A stretch of DNA of 32,000 bases from Candidatus Nitrospira inopinata (lineage in GTDB: Bacteria; Nitrospirota; Nitrospiria; Nitrospirales; Nitrospiraceae), in contig NZ_LN885086.1 in assembly GCF_001458695.1 (NCBI RefSeq), positions 2,130,001 to 2,162,000 of the forward strand, written 5' to 3'. The notes beneath the pieces were generated by a model. It did no database searches, was not told where the DNA came from, and was given only the letters and a program-made list of their open reading frames with translations. Below are positions 8,264 to 16,856 of the stretch, one piece after another. Position 1 is the stretch's first letter. Each line of letters begins with the position of its first letter. Both the position numbers and the translations under genes were made by a program.

Positions 8264-8942
8264 GAGGATTGGAATGAGCCGTAACAATCGTTGGTTTGCC
8301 GGAGTAGGGCTTCTTGTAGCCAGTGTGGCCTTGACGGCAGTCGGGGCAGAAGCAGTCCCAATCAATTTTAGTGTGGATGTTGGGGGTACCATCCAATACA
8401 TGGGGGGAACAATCCCGCTGGTAATAAGCGGTGCGCCTGTCTCAGCCGTGGATAATGGCATAGCACCACCCATTTCTGTAACCGGAGGGTTTTTAAGCCT
8501 TGTGACTGGAGACTTCACGAGTGGAACAGCCACGACCTCAGGATTTCAAAGTATCTATGCTGATGGTGGTGGGGTATTTAATCTCTTTGGAGATGTTGGC
8601 AGCGGATGGACCACGCTTCTTTCAGGCAGCTTCTTGGGGCCTGTCACATTTGATTGTTGTTTGTTGGGCTCTTCTTCATTGAGTGGATTACTGACGGTGA
8701 ATTCGGTCGATGCGAATCTCGCTTCGTTGCTAGGCTTTAATCTTCCGGCAACGGGCGGATCTCTGGGGCTGGTTCAGTTGTTTGAGACCATTCCAACGGC
8801 ACCGGGTGTAGCATTTAGCGGACTGCAGGCAGGGGGCGTTATCACGGTAGTGGATGTTATTCCCCTTCCGCCGGCCGTGTTCCTGATGGGGTCAGGGTTG
8901 GCCGGACTTGTGGGGCTCCGATTTTGCCGTGGTAAGCGGTAA
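8256..8942 (+). CDS. Secreted paralog 2 with a PLPPA (VPLPA-CTERM-like) sorting tail
   Basis: The product is roughly 40% identical by eye to the upstream protein (shared GFQ.(M/I)YA.GG, F.CC, SGLL.V.S, LGFNLPATG.SL and AFSG(I/L)Q.GG). Its tail is VIPLPPAVFLMGSGLAGLVGLRFCRGKR. ATG 8256 overlaps the upstream stop by 8 nt. An alternative ATG at 8274 lies 5 nt after aagagga. Confidence 0.8.
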   Translation: MSKRIGMSRNNRWFAGVGLLVASVALTAVGAEAVPINFSVDVGGTIQYMGGTIPLVISGAPVSAVDNGIAPPISVTGGFLSLVTGDFTSGTATTSGFQSIYADGGGVFNLFGDVGSGWTTLLSGSFLGPVTFDCCLLGSSSLSGLLTVNSVDANLASLLGFNLPATGGSLGLVQLFETIPTAPGVAFSGLQAGGVITVVDVIPLPPAVFLMGSGLAGLVGLRFCRGKR

Positions 8943-9263
8943 CAGTTGTAGGGCAAGTTTAGGGTAAGCCGATCAAACTGATCAACGAATCCTGGGCCTC
9001 TCGGCGTTGTCCCTGTGCTTGCTAAATAAGTTATCGTGGGCGGTCGTCTGTGTGACACCGCCCCATGGTGAGTGTGGCCGATCAAACAGGGGGGAAGGTA
9101 TGATTCACAAGGTGACCGAGCACCGGAAAGGAGAAAAAGACGACTCCAGAATCTAAGGCCAGGTGTGGAAGCGGCGACTTCCTCGCCCCACATCTTCGGC
9201 ACTGAAACGAGAGAAGAGGCTAAGCCTGAGGGGGAATCTCGATTATTCCGTTTACTTTTTCTG

Positions 9264-9932
9264 CTAGACCGGCCATGTTTCCTCGTTCCACGCCATCTCC
9301 CAAAACATCCACTCGTAGCGCGAACTGATGATGAATGTCTGTTCCATCCGGCTGCGTTCTTCCTCGCTGGTTGTCTTCGCCCACTGATCGACTTTCTTCC
9401 GCATCCACCGCTGCACTTCGGCGAATTCCGGCGAGGCATAAAGCAGAAGCCAATCCCGGTATGGATGGCTCTTGGGAGGCGGGCCATGCTGCAGTAAATG
9501 TTGTCCCACGACACAATAGATCCATGCGCAGGGCAGGGCGGCCACGATGATTTCCCCCGCTGTCCCAGTCGCCGCCACCGACAGCAAGTGTCTGGTGTAG
9601 GCATAGTTGGTCGGAGCCATGGGCACGGACGCCATCCGTTTGGCCGTCATGTTCCATTTGGTGCCATAGTTCTCGTGCAGGCTCCGTTCCACGACGATCG
9701 TGTCTTGGGCCAGTTTGTTAAACCGCAAGGCCGAATCAGAATCCGGCGCCTTTTGCGCGGCGGCGGAAAAGACTCGGGCGAGATCGCCCAGGAACCGCGC
9801 ATCTTGCAGGATGTAATAGCGGAATTTCCGCTCGGGCAGGGAGCCGTCTCCGAGTCCGGTTACGAAGGGATGGCGAAGTTGAGCGTGCCAGATCGGCCCG
9901 GCCAGTTGTCGCAGGTGGTTTGAGAAGGACAT
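9264..9932 (-). CDS. tenA: Thiaminase II / aminopyrimidine aminohydrolase (TenA family)
   Basis: HPFVTGLGDGSLPERKFRYYILQDARFLGDLARVF is the characteristic TenA N-terminus, and LPCAWIY is the Cys-type active-site region. ATG 9932 (MSFSNHL) is preceded by aagggg. The track start at 10052 would overlap the end of sthA. Confidence 0.85.
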   Translation of the reverse strand: MSFSNHLRQLAGPIWHAQLRHPFVTGLGDGSLPERKFRYYILQDARFLGDLARVFSAAAQKAPDSDSALRFNKLAQDTIVVERSLHENYGTKWNMTAKRMASVPMAPTNYAYTRHLLSVAATGTAGEIIVAALPCAWIYCVVGQHLLQHGPPPKSHPYRDWLLLYASPEFAEVQRWMRKKVDQWAKTTSEEERSRMEQTFIISSRYEWMFWEMAWNEETWPV

Positions 9933-9982
9933 GGCAACACCCCTTATGATCGCTTCGAGAGAAGAGAACCGGCTTGCCGTGC

Positions 9983-11389
9983 TTACAGAAAATAGGGAAA
10001 CCAGGGTTTCGGCAGCCGATTGATGCCGTCCAGCGCTGCCACTTTGTAACATTCGGCCAGCGTTGGATAGTTGAAGACCGTATCGATGAAATAATCGATT
10101 TTTCCGTGAAACGCCATCACCGCTTGGCCGATGTGAATCAACTCGGTCGATCCTTCGCCGATCGCGTGGACGCCCAACAGGTGTCTGGTATGGCGATGAA
10201 ACAAGAGTTTCAGCATGCCGCGTTGATCGCCGATCAGTTGGCCGCGCGCGATTTCTTTGTAGCGTGCGATGCCGATTCCGTAGGGAATTCCTGCCTGCCG
10301 GATCTCCTCTTCATTTCGCCCCACCATGGAGATTTCGGGAATCGTGTAGATGCCGTAGGGAAGCAACGACGTGTCGGTGTGATCCGGCTGGCCGAAGGCG
10401 TGACATGACGCGCGGCGGCCCTGTTGCATGGAAGTGGAAGCCAGGGCCGGAAATCCAATCACGTCGCCAGCCGCGTAAATGTGAGGGACCGCGGTTTGAA
10501 AGTGTTCGTTGACCGCGAGGCGGCCACGGTCATCGGCTGTCAGTCCGACGGCTTCCAGGTTCAACGAATGGGTCGCGCCGACACGTCCGATGGCGTACAT
10601 CAACGTGGAGGCCTGGATCGGCTCATGGTGGCGCAAGACGACCTCTACGGAGTGACGGCTTTTTCTTTTAATCTCGGTGACCTCTTCGTTGTGATGCAAA
10701 GTCACACCGATCTCGTTCATTTGTTGCTGAAGAGCTTCGATGATTTCCGCATCGACGAACTCCAGCAGTCGCGGCCGTTTATCGACGAGGGTGACGGCGA
10801 CGCCCAGCGTGGCGAGAATCGAAGCGTATTCCGTTCCGATCACGCCGCCGCCCACGATGACCATCGAATCGGGGATCCGTTTCATCGTGAGCAGCCCGTC
10901 CGTATCGATGATGGTCTGACCGTCGAACGGAACGTGTGACGGCCTGGCCGGTTCCGTGCCCACCGCGATGACGATAAAATCCGCTGTCAGCTCGAACGAG
11001 CCCCGATCTGAGTCGATCCGCAGCCGATGCGGATCGACGAAGCTCGCCGATCCCAAAAATAGATCGACGCCGTTTCTGGCCATTTGATCCTGCACCACCT
11101 GAATTTCATTTTTGATGACGTGGTTGGAGCGGAAGGCCAGATCCTCGACCGTGATCGTCTTTTTCAATCGGTACGAAGCGCCGTAGATCGTTCGCTGACG
11201 GAAGCCGGACAGGTACAGCACCGCTTCGCGCAGCGCTTTGCTGGGAATGGTGCCGGTATTGATGCAGACGCCGCCTACGACTCTCTTTCGCTCGATGATG
11301 CCGACCTTCTTGTTAAGCTTGGCGGCCTGAATGGCAGCCTTTTGGCCGGCCGGCCCGGTCCCAATGACGAGCAAATCGTAATGAGCCAT
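9983..11389 (-). CDS. sthA: Soluble (Si-specific) pyridine nucleotide transhydrogenase
   Basis: YDLLVIGTGPAGQKAA is the FAD GxGxxG motif, followed by GGVCINTGTIPSKALREAV. It lacks the CxxxxC redox disulfide of lipoamide dehydrogenase, as SthA does. The C-terminus TVFNYPTLAECYKVAALDGINRL matches E. coli SthA. gaggagg lies upstream of the ATG. Confidence 0.9.
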   Translation of the reverse strand: MAHYDLLVIGTGPAGQKAAIQAAKLNKKVGIIERKRVVGGVCINTGTIPSKALREAVLYLSGFRQRTIYGASYRLKKTITVEDLAFRSNHVIKNEIQVVQDQMARNGVDLFLGSASFVDPHRLRIDSDRGSFELTADFIVIAVGTEPARPSHVPFDGQTIIDTDGLLTMKRIPDSMVIVGGGVIGTEYASILATLGVAVTLVDKRPRLLEFVDAEIIEALQQQMNEIGVTLHHNEEVTEIKRKSRHSVEVVLRHHEPIQASTLMYAIGRVGATHSLNLEAVGLTADDRGRLAVNEHFQTAVPHIYAAGDVIGFPALASTSMQQGRRASCHAFGQPDHTDTSLLPYGIYTIPEISMVGRNEEEIRQAGIPYGIGIARYKEIARGQLIGDQRGMLKLLFHRHTRHLLGVHAIGEGSTELIHIGQAVMAFHGKIDYFIDTVFNYPTLAECYKVAALDGINRLPKPWFPYFL

Positions 11390-11419
11390 CGGCCTCCTCG
11401 GAAGACAGGAGCGTAATGT

Positions 11420-11459
11420 GACGCGGGTTCACCCCAGGTGGATAGGGTGAACCCGCGTC
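11420..11459 (-). terminator. 15-bp perfect stem / 10-nt loop hairpin downstream of tpx (putative end of the pycA-pycB-hydrolase-tpx operon)
   Basis: gacgcgggttcaccc (11420-11434) pairs perfectly with gggtgaacccgcgtc (11445-11459). The hairpin lies 17 nt past the tpx stop and 31 nt upstream of the sthA start. No U-tract follows on the minus strand, so it is not a canonical intrinsic terminator. Confidence 0.55.
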
Positions 11460-11475
11460 GGACGATAAAGCAACC

Positions 11476-12141
11476 CTAACTGGCTGAAATCAAAGAACGC
11501 GCCACTTGGAATGCTTTTTCCATGTCCGGCAGATGGGTCAGTTCCGGCGTGACTTGCAGGTAACGAACGGTGTTGTCCTTGTCCACGACCATCACGGCCC
11601 TGGCCAAAATGTGCAGATCTTTCACCAAGAGGCCGTATGCTTTGCCGAATTCGGCCCCACGATAGTCGGACAGGAACGTGACGTTGTCGATTTTCGCTTC
11701 TTGGGCGAATCGTTTTTGAGCAAAGGGCGTATCGATACTGACCGTGATCAGCTCGATCATCCTGTCCAGGCCGTTGTTTTTTTCGCTGAGATAGTGGGTT
11801 TGCTGTTCGCAGACGGGCGTGTCGAGCGAAGGAACCACACTGATGATTCGAACTTTCCCTTCGCCCTTGGTGCGCGCGATGTTGATCGGTGACAGATCGG
11901 TTTGGGTCACGTTCACATCGCGCAGCACATCGCCTGTCTTAACTGCCGTTCCAGAAAGCGCGAGAGGGCCTCCCTTGAACAGCACCTTGTTCCCCTCTCC
12001 GGCCGTGGCGCTGCCGTCGGCGACGGCGATGTTTTTATAGGTGAAGCCGGGTCCGTTCAGCTCTCCCACGCCGGTGCAACCGGCCAGGCTGAAAGAAAAA
12101 CCCATCGCCACTCCAAGTATCGTGCGCGCAGATGTCAGCAT
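11476..12141 (-). CDS. tpx: Thiol peroxidase (atypical 2-Cys peroxiredoxin Tpx), lipoprotein form
   Basis: VVPSLDTPVCEQQ contains the peroxidatic Cys motif, SIDTPFAQKRF is present, and the C-terminal region is collinear with E. coli Tpx. An N-terminal extension carries the lipobox SLAGC. ATG 12141 is preceded by aaaggaa. Confidence 0.9.
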   Translation of the reverse strand: MLTSARTILGVAMGFSFSLAGCTGVGELNGPGFTYKNIAVADGSATAGEGNKVLFKGGPLALSGTAVKTGDVLRDVNVTQTDLSPINIARTKGEGKVRIISVVPSLDTPVCEQQTHYLSEKNNGLDRMIELITVSIDTPFAQKRFAQEAKIDNVTFLSDYRGAEFGKAYGLLVKDLHILARAVMVVDKDNTVRYLQVTPELTHLPDMEKAFQVARSLISAS

Positions 12142-12207
12142 GGTCCGTTCCTTTCTTATTAAGCAAGTAGAGATTTTGGTCAAACCGGCCGATAGGCCAT
12201 CCCATTG

Positions 12208-13209
12208 TCAGGGATGAATATACGCGATGAGCAAGCGGTTGACCAGATCCGGCCGTTCCCATTGAGGAATGTGACCCGCAAAGGGGATGGTCTGAAGCTG
12301 AGACCCTTCGATGAGACGATGGAGTTCGTGACCGACCGAGGAGGGGAAGACGCGGTCCTCTTCTCCCCAGATGATGAGAGTCGGGTGTCGGATCGCATCG
12401 AGGCGCAAGGCGTAGCCGGATTCCCAGAGACCGAGCGTCTGTTTCATGGCGAGCATCGGCTTGATGATGCCGGGGAGACGGCGATTGCGATTGGATCGTT
12501 CAAGGACGGCGGGGGTGATGAGAGACCGATCGTACACCAGTTCCTCCAGAACGGATGTGACCATCCAACCGCCGAAGAGACGGTTGCCAAGAGAGATCAG
12601 CCACGAAGGCGTGCGCGTGTCGATCGTCCGCTTGACGATGGGGCTGGTCAGTTTTGCTCGAATATCCCTCGGTAACCCGCCGATCAACACGAGCTTATCC
12701 ACTCGTTCCGGATGGTCGAGGGCCACCGCCATGGCCAAGCCGGCGCCCATGGAGTTGCCGATCAGGGTCGCGCGGGGGATGTGCAGGGCGTCCATGAAGC
12801 GGGTAAAAAAACCCACGAGCTGATCAGGACGGTACTCGATATCCGGCTTGTCGGATAAACCAAAACCGGGCAAGTCCGGGGTAATGACGCGGAAGTGCCG
12901 CGCCAGCTCCCGTTGCTGATGCTCCCATTGCCACATGGACCCGCCGAATCCGTGGATGAGGAAAAGGGGAGGACCGGTTCCCACGTCCAGGTATGCGATT
13001 CGCTGGTCGTCAATGGTGGCGATGTGGATCGGGATTCGTTCGAACGCGTCGAAGTGAGGCGGAATGGAAGACTGGGAAGTGCAGGCGGCGACGAGTAGGA
13101 GCAAGGGCCCTATACCGAACGAGCCAGAACGAAGTCGTCGATCTATCTTGGCAAAACGGGCGAAAAAATTCGGTCGGAAGGTATTATTGCAACTGGATGA
13201 CGGTTTCAT
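12208..13209 (-). CDS. Alpha/beta-fold hydrolase, probable lipoprotein
   Basis: HGFGGSMWQWEHQ is the oxyanion-hole region, GNSMGAG is the nucleophile elbow, and AGHIPQWE carries the C-terminal catalytic His. The lipobox-like sequence LLLLVAAC is present. The ATG overlaps the end of pycB by 26 nt. Confidence 0.85.
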   Translation of the reverse strand: MKPSSSCNNTFRPNFFARFAKIDRRLRSGSFGIGPLLLLVAACTSQSSIPPHFDAFERIPIHIATIDDQRIAYLDVGTGPPLFLIHGFGGSMWQWEHQQRELARHFRVITPDLPGFGLSDKPDIEYRPDQLVGFFTRFMDALHIPRATLIGNSMGAGLAMAVALDHPERVDKLVLIGGLPRDIRAKLTSPIVKRTIDTRTPSWLISLGNRLFGGWMVTSVLEELVYDRSLITPAVLERSNRNRRLPGIIKPMLAMKQTLGLWESGYALRLDAIRHPTLIIWGEEDRVFPSSVGHELHRLIEGSQLQTIPFAGHIPQWERPDLVNRLLIAYIHP

Positions 13210-15133
13210 CCGGCTTCACGTTTTCTCCCTCCGCCACAAAAATCGCCGTCACGGTTCCATCGATCGGCGCCGGGACGCGGCTTTCCATCTTCATCGCCTC
13301 GATCACCAGCAGGGAATCGCCGGCCTTGACGCGATCATTGACCGACACCAGGATTTTGACGACCCGGCCCGGCATAGGCGGCGCCACGTCGCCGGGTTGT
13401 GACGGTCGCGGTCGCTTCGCCTTGGTGGTTTTGTCGGCTTCATGAGTCTCCGGCACGCCGGCGAAGACTTCCTGGATCGGTTCGAGCGACACTTCTTCCA
13501 ACCGATCGTTGACGCGGATGTAATAGGGCTTTCGCCCGTCCACCTTCCGGCCCGATCCGGATACCTTGACGTGATAGGTCTCACCGTGCACGGTGACGTT
13601 GAACTCGACCGGCGCCAGATGCAGTTCGTGGGCCACGGCCGGGGCCTTGGGAGACGCGGCTTCAAGCGGGGAAGGCGTCAGTTCGCCTTTCTTGCGCGCC
13701 TCGAAAAACTCCCGCGCGATGGCGGGAAAGAGGGCGAAGGAGAGTTGATCTTCCAGGGAGTGATCCGGCAGTTCTCTCTTGATCGCTTCCATCTCCGGCT
13801 CGAGCCGGTCTGCCGGTCTGGTTTTGATCGGCTCTTCGTCTCCGATGGCGCGCGCCATGACTTCGTTGTCGACCGGCCCGGGCGCCCGTCCGTACAATCC
13901 GAGAAAGTAATTCTTGGTTTCGGTCGTGATCACTTTGTACCGCTCGCCGGTCAGGACGTTTAACGTGGCCTGTGTGCCGATAATCTGGCTGGCCGGCGTG
14001 ACGAGCGGCGGATAGCCCATCTCTTTTCTGACACGGGGCACTTCGTCGAGCACTTCTTTCATCCGGTCGAGCGCCTGTTGTTCGGCCAGTTGCGCGGCCA
14101 GGTTCGACAGCATGCCGCCGGGAATTTGTGACGTCAGGATCGCCGCGTCGACTCCGGTGAAGTCGCTCTCGAATTGCCGATACTTGCGCCGGACGACGCG
14201 GAAGTGGTCCGCAATGGGCTGGAGATCGGTCAGATCGAGGCCGGTGTCATAGGGAGTCCGCTGCAGCGCGGCGACGACGGATTCGGTGGGCGGGTGCGAC
14301 GCGCCGCCGGAGAGAGGCGACATGGCGGTGTCCAGGATATCGAGGCCGGCCAGCACCGCCATCAGCGCGGACATCGCGCCCATGCCGGCCGTGTCGTGGG
14401 AGTGGAGATGAATCGGGACCGAGACGGCTGCCTTGAGCCGGCGGATCAGGTGATACGCGTCAAACGGGGACAAGAGCCCGGCCATGTCTTTGACACAGAG
14501 CGTATCGGTGCCCAGATCCTCCAACCGTTTGGCCAGGTCCACGAATCGGTCGAGACTATGCACGGGGCTGACCGTGTAGCTGATGGCGGCCTCGACGTGT
14601 TTGCCGCAGGCCCGCACTTCCCGCACCGCCCGCTCGAGGTTGCGGACGTCGTTCAGCGCGTCGAAAATACGGAAGACGTCGATCCCATTGGCCGCCGACC
14701 GTTCGATGAATCGCTCCAGGACGTCGTCGGCGTAATGGCGGTAGCCGACCAAGTTTTGACCGCGGAGCAACATTTGCAGCTTGGTGTTCGGCATGGCCGC
14801 GCGGAGGGCGCGGAGCCGCTCCCAGGGGTCTTCTTTCAAGTATCGAAGACAGGCGTCGAAAGTCGCGCCGCCCCACACTTCCAAGGACCAGAACCCCACG
14901 GAGTCGAGTTTCTGGGCGATCGGCAACATGTCCTCGGTCCTCATGCGGGTGGCCAGCAGGCACTGGTGCCCGTCGCGCAACGCGACGTCGGTGATCAAGA
15001 GACGTTTTCCCGGCGCGGGTTGGATGATCGATTCATCCCGCCGCAAGGCGGTCGGTTTCGATCGTGTGACGTTGGGCGCGGTCGATCGAGTGGTCGCCCG
15101 CTGTTTTTTTCCTGAGGATCGTGTGGTTGCCAT
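13184..15133 (-). CDS. pycB: Biotin-dependent carboxylase, carboxyltransferase + biotinyl-carrier subunit (pyruvate carboxylase subunit B, or 2-oxoglutarate carboxylase large subunit)
   Basis: ITDVALRDGHQ is the start of the carboxyltransferase TIM barrel, HLHSHDTAG is the metal site, and the C-terminal biotinyl domain carries VIEAMKME. The first roughly 45 aa (Thr/Arg/Ser/Lys-rich) may not be translated; an alternative TTG lies at 14998, just before ITDV. Confidence 0.85.
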   Translation of the reverse strand: MATTRSSGKKQRATTRSTAPNVTRSKPTALRRDESIIQPAPGKRLLITDVALRDGHQCLLATRMRTEDMLPIAQKLDSVGFWSLEVWGGATFDACLRYLKEDPWERLRALRAAMPNTKLQMLLRGQNLVGYRHYADDVLERFIERSAANGIDVFRIFDALNDVRNLERAVREVRACGKHVEAAISYTVSPVHSLDRFVDLAKRLEDLGTDTLCVKDMAGLLSPFDAYHLIRRLKAAVSVPIHLHSHDTAGMGAMSALMAVLAGLDILDTAMSPLSGGASHPPTESVVAALQRTPYDTGLDLTDLQPIADHFRVVRRKYRQFESDFTGVDAAILTSQIPGGMLSNLAAQLAEQQALDRMKEVLDEVPRVRKEMGYPPLVTPASQIIGTQATLNVLTGERYKVITTETKNYFLGLYGRAPGPVDNEVMARAIGDEEPIKTRPADRLEPEMEAIKRELPDHSLEDQLSFALFPAIAREFFEARKKGELTPSPLEAASPKAPAVAHELHLAPVEFNVTVHGETYHVKVSGSGRKVDGRKPYYIRVNDRLEEVSLEPIQEVFAGVPETHEADKTTKAKRPRPSQPGDVAPPMPGRVVKILVSVNDRVKAGDSLLVIEAMKMESRVPAPIDGTVTAIFVAEGENVKPDETVIQLQ

Positions 15134-15177
15134 ATTGTCAGACGTTGTGTGCGCGGGATAAGGCGGCGGCGCGTTGG

Positions 15178-16596
15178 TTACAACCCCTCATAGGCTGCGA
15201 TGGCGGCGGAGATCGCCAAAACCAAATCTTCCGGTTGCTGAAACTCATGGTACGAGTACAGCTCCGGGTGAGTTTCCAAGTACGACGTGTCGAAGCGTCC
15301 GGCCATGAAATCAGGCTCCTGCATGATGGCTTCCATAAAAGGAATGGTCGTTTTTACTCCGCGCAGGACATATTCTTCAAGCGAGCGGCGCATGCGGCTC
15401 ACGGCTTCTTCCCATGTGCGGCCGCGCACCGTCAGTTTGGCCAGCAGGGCGTCGTAGTAAGGAGGGACCGTATAGTCTTTATAGACGGCGCCGTCGATCC
15501 GGACCCCGATCCCCCCCGGCGAGAGATAAGCCGTGACGGTTCCGGTGCAGGGCATGAAATTGTTTTTGGGGTCTTCCGCATTGATCCGGCACTGGATCGC
15601 ATGGCCCTGGAGCACGATGTCTTTTTGTTGCAGATCAAGCGGGAGGCCCGCCGCGATCGAGATCTGATGACGGACAATGTCGATGGCGGTGATCTGTTCC
15701 GTGACCGTATGTTCGACTTGAAGCCTGGGATTCATCTCGATGAAGTAGAACCGGCCCTCCTGATCAAGCAAGAATTCCACGGTTCCTGCGTTGTCGTAGT
15801 CCACCGCCCGAGCGATGGCGATCGCCGCACGGCCCATCTCTTCCCGCAGAGCCGGCGTCAAGATCAATGACGGCGCGATCTCGATCAATTTTTGATGCCG
15901 GCGTTGAATCGAGCAATCGCGTTCGCCCAGATGAATGATATGGCCGTGGCGGTCTCCCAGGATTTGGAATTCGATGTGGTGAGGGCGCTCGATGTATTTC
16001 TCGATGAACACGCTGCCGTCGCCGAATGAGGCTTGGGCTTCCCGCGACGCGGTCTCCATGTTTTCACGAAGCTCCGCGTCGGATCGCACGACGCGGAGCC
16101 CCCGTCCTCCTCCGCCCGCGCTCGCTTTGATCATGAGCGGATAACCGACCTGCTTGGCAAAGGTCAGCGCGTCTTTGACGTCGGTAATGGCGCCGTTCGT
16201 GCCCGGGACGATCGGCACGCCGGCTGCCTGCGCGATTTCACGAGCCTTGACCTTACTGCCCATCATGGTGATGGCATAGGGAGAGGGACCGATAAAGGTG
16301 ACGCCGGAAGCCTGGCAGAGCTCGGCAAACTCCGCGTTTTCAGAGAGAAATCCGTAGCCGGGATGAATGGCGTCGGCGCCGATGCGGACGGCGAGATCCA
16401 CGATTTGTCGACCGTCCAAAAACCCCTTGACCGGTCCGGGGCCGACCACATAGGCCTCGTCGGCTTTTTTGACGTAAATGCCGGTTGAGTCGGCCTCCGA
16501 ATAGATGGCGGCCGTGGCGATGTTCAGCTCGCGGCAGGCCCGGATGATGCGCATGGCGATTTCGCCGCGATTGGCGATCAAGATCTTCTTAAACAT
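15178..16596 (-). CDS. pycA: Biotin carboxylase subunit (pyruvate carboxylase subunit A / 2-oxoglutarate carboxylase small subunit)
   Basis: The N-terminus is MFKKILIANRGEIAMRIIRA. ATP-grasp motifs GYPLMIKASAGGGGRG and HIEFQILGD are present, together with EMNPRLQVEH. The product is 472 aa from ATG 16596. The track start at 16755 adds 53 non-homologous residues. Confidence 0.9.
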   Translation of the reverse strand: MFKKILIANRGEIAMRIIRACRELNIATAAIYSEADSTGIYVKKADEAYVVGPGPVKGFLDGRQIVDLAVRIGADAIHPGYGFLSENAEFAELCQASGVTFIGPSPYAITMMGSKVKAREIAQAAGVPIVPGTNGAITDVKDALTFAKQVGYPLMIKASAGGGGRGLRVVRSDAELRENMETASREAQASFGDGSVFIEKYIERPHHIEFQILGDRHGHIIHLGERDCSIQRRHQKLIEIAPSLILTPALREEMGRAAIAIARAVDYDNAGTVEFLLDQEGRFYFIEMNPRLQVEHTVTEQITAIDIVRHQISIAAGLPLDLQQKDIVLQGHAIQCRINAEDPKNNFMPCTGTVTAYLSPGGIGVRIDGAVYKDYTVPPYYDALLAKLTVRGRTWEEAVSRMRRSLEEYVLRGVKTTIPFMEAIMQEPDFMAGRFDTSYLETHPELYSYHEFQQPEDLVLAISAAIAAYEGL

Positions 16597-16856
16597 GGCG
16601 CCGAGACCGGACTGGAAAATGAGCGCGTAAGCTAGCACAGGATGAAATGATCTGTCGAGAGAGGGAACGTCATTGCGTCGGAACCGACCAGGAGAATAGA
16701 GGGACGCCGATTCGCCGTTGACATGCTTGCGCGAAAGGTTCAGGCTTCGATCCACGTCGGGCCCGATCGTACGACAGAAGGGGAGAGCGATTGTCTATTG
16801 TTTCCGAGAAATGCACGTTCTTCACCGTTCATCAGCGGCGCAATGGGTTGACGGAC

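Noticed and set aside
9100-9156. 18-codon ORF (MIHKVTEHRKGEKDDSRI) after ggggaagg in the gap between paralog 2 and tenA.
   Set aside because: The SD-to-ATG spacing is only about 1 nt, the peptide is very short and there is no supporting context.
9933-9982. Possible TPP riboswitch upstream of tenA (thiamine salvage genes often have one).
   Set aside because: The gap between the sthA stop and the tenA start is only 50 nt, too short for a THI element. No CTGAGA or ACCTGA-type conserved boxes were seen.
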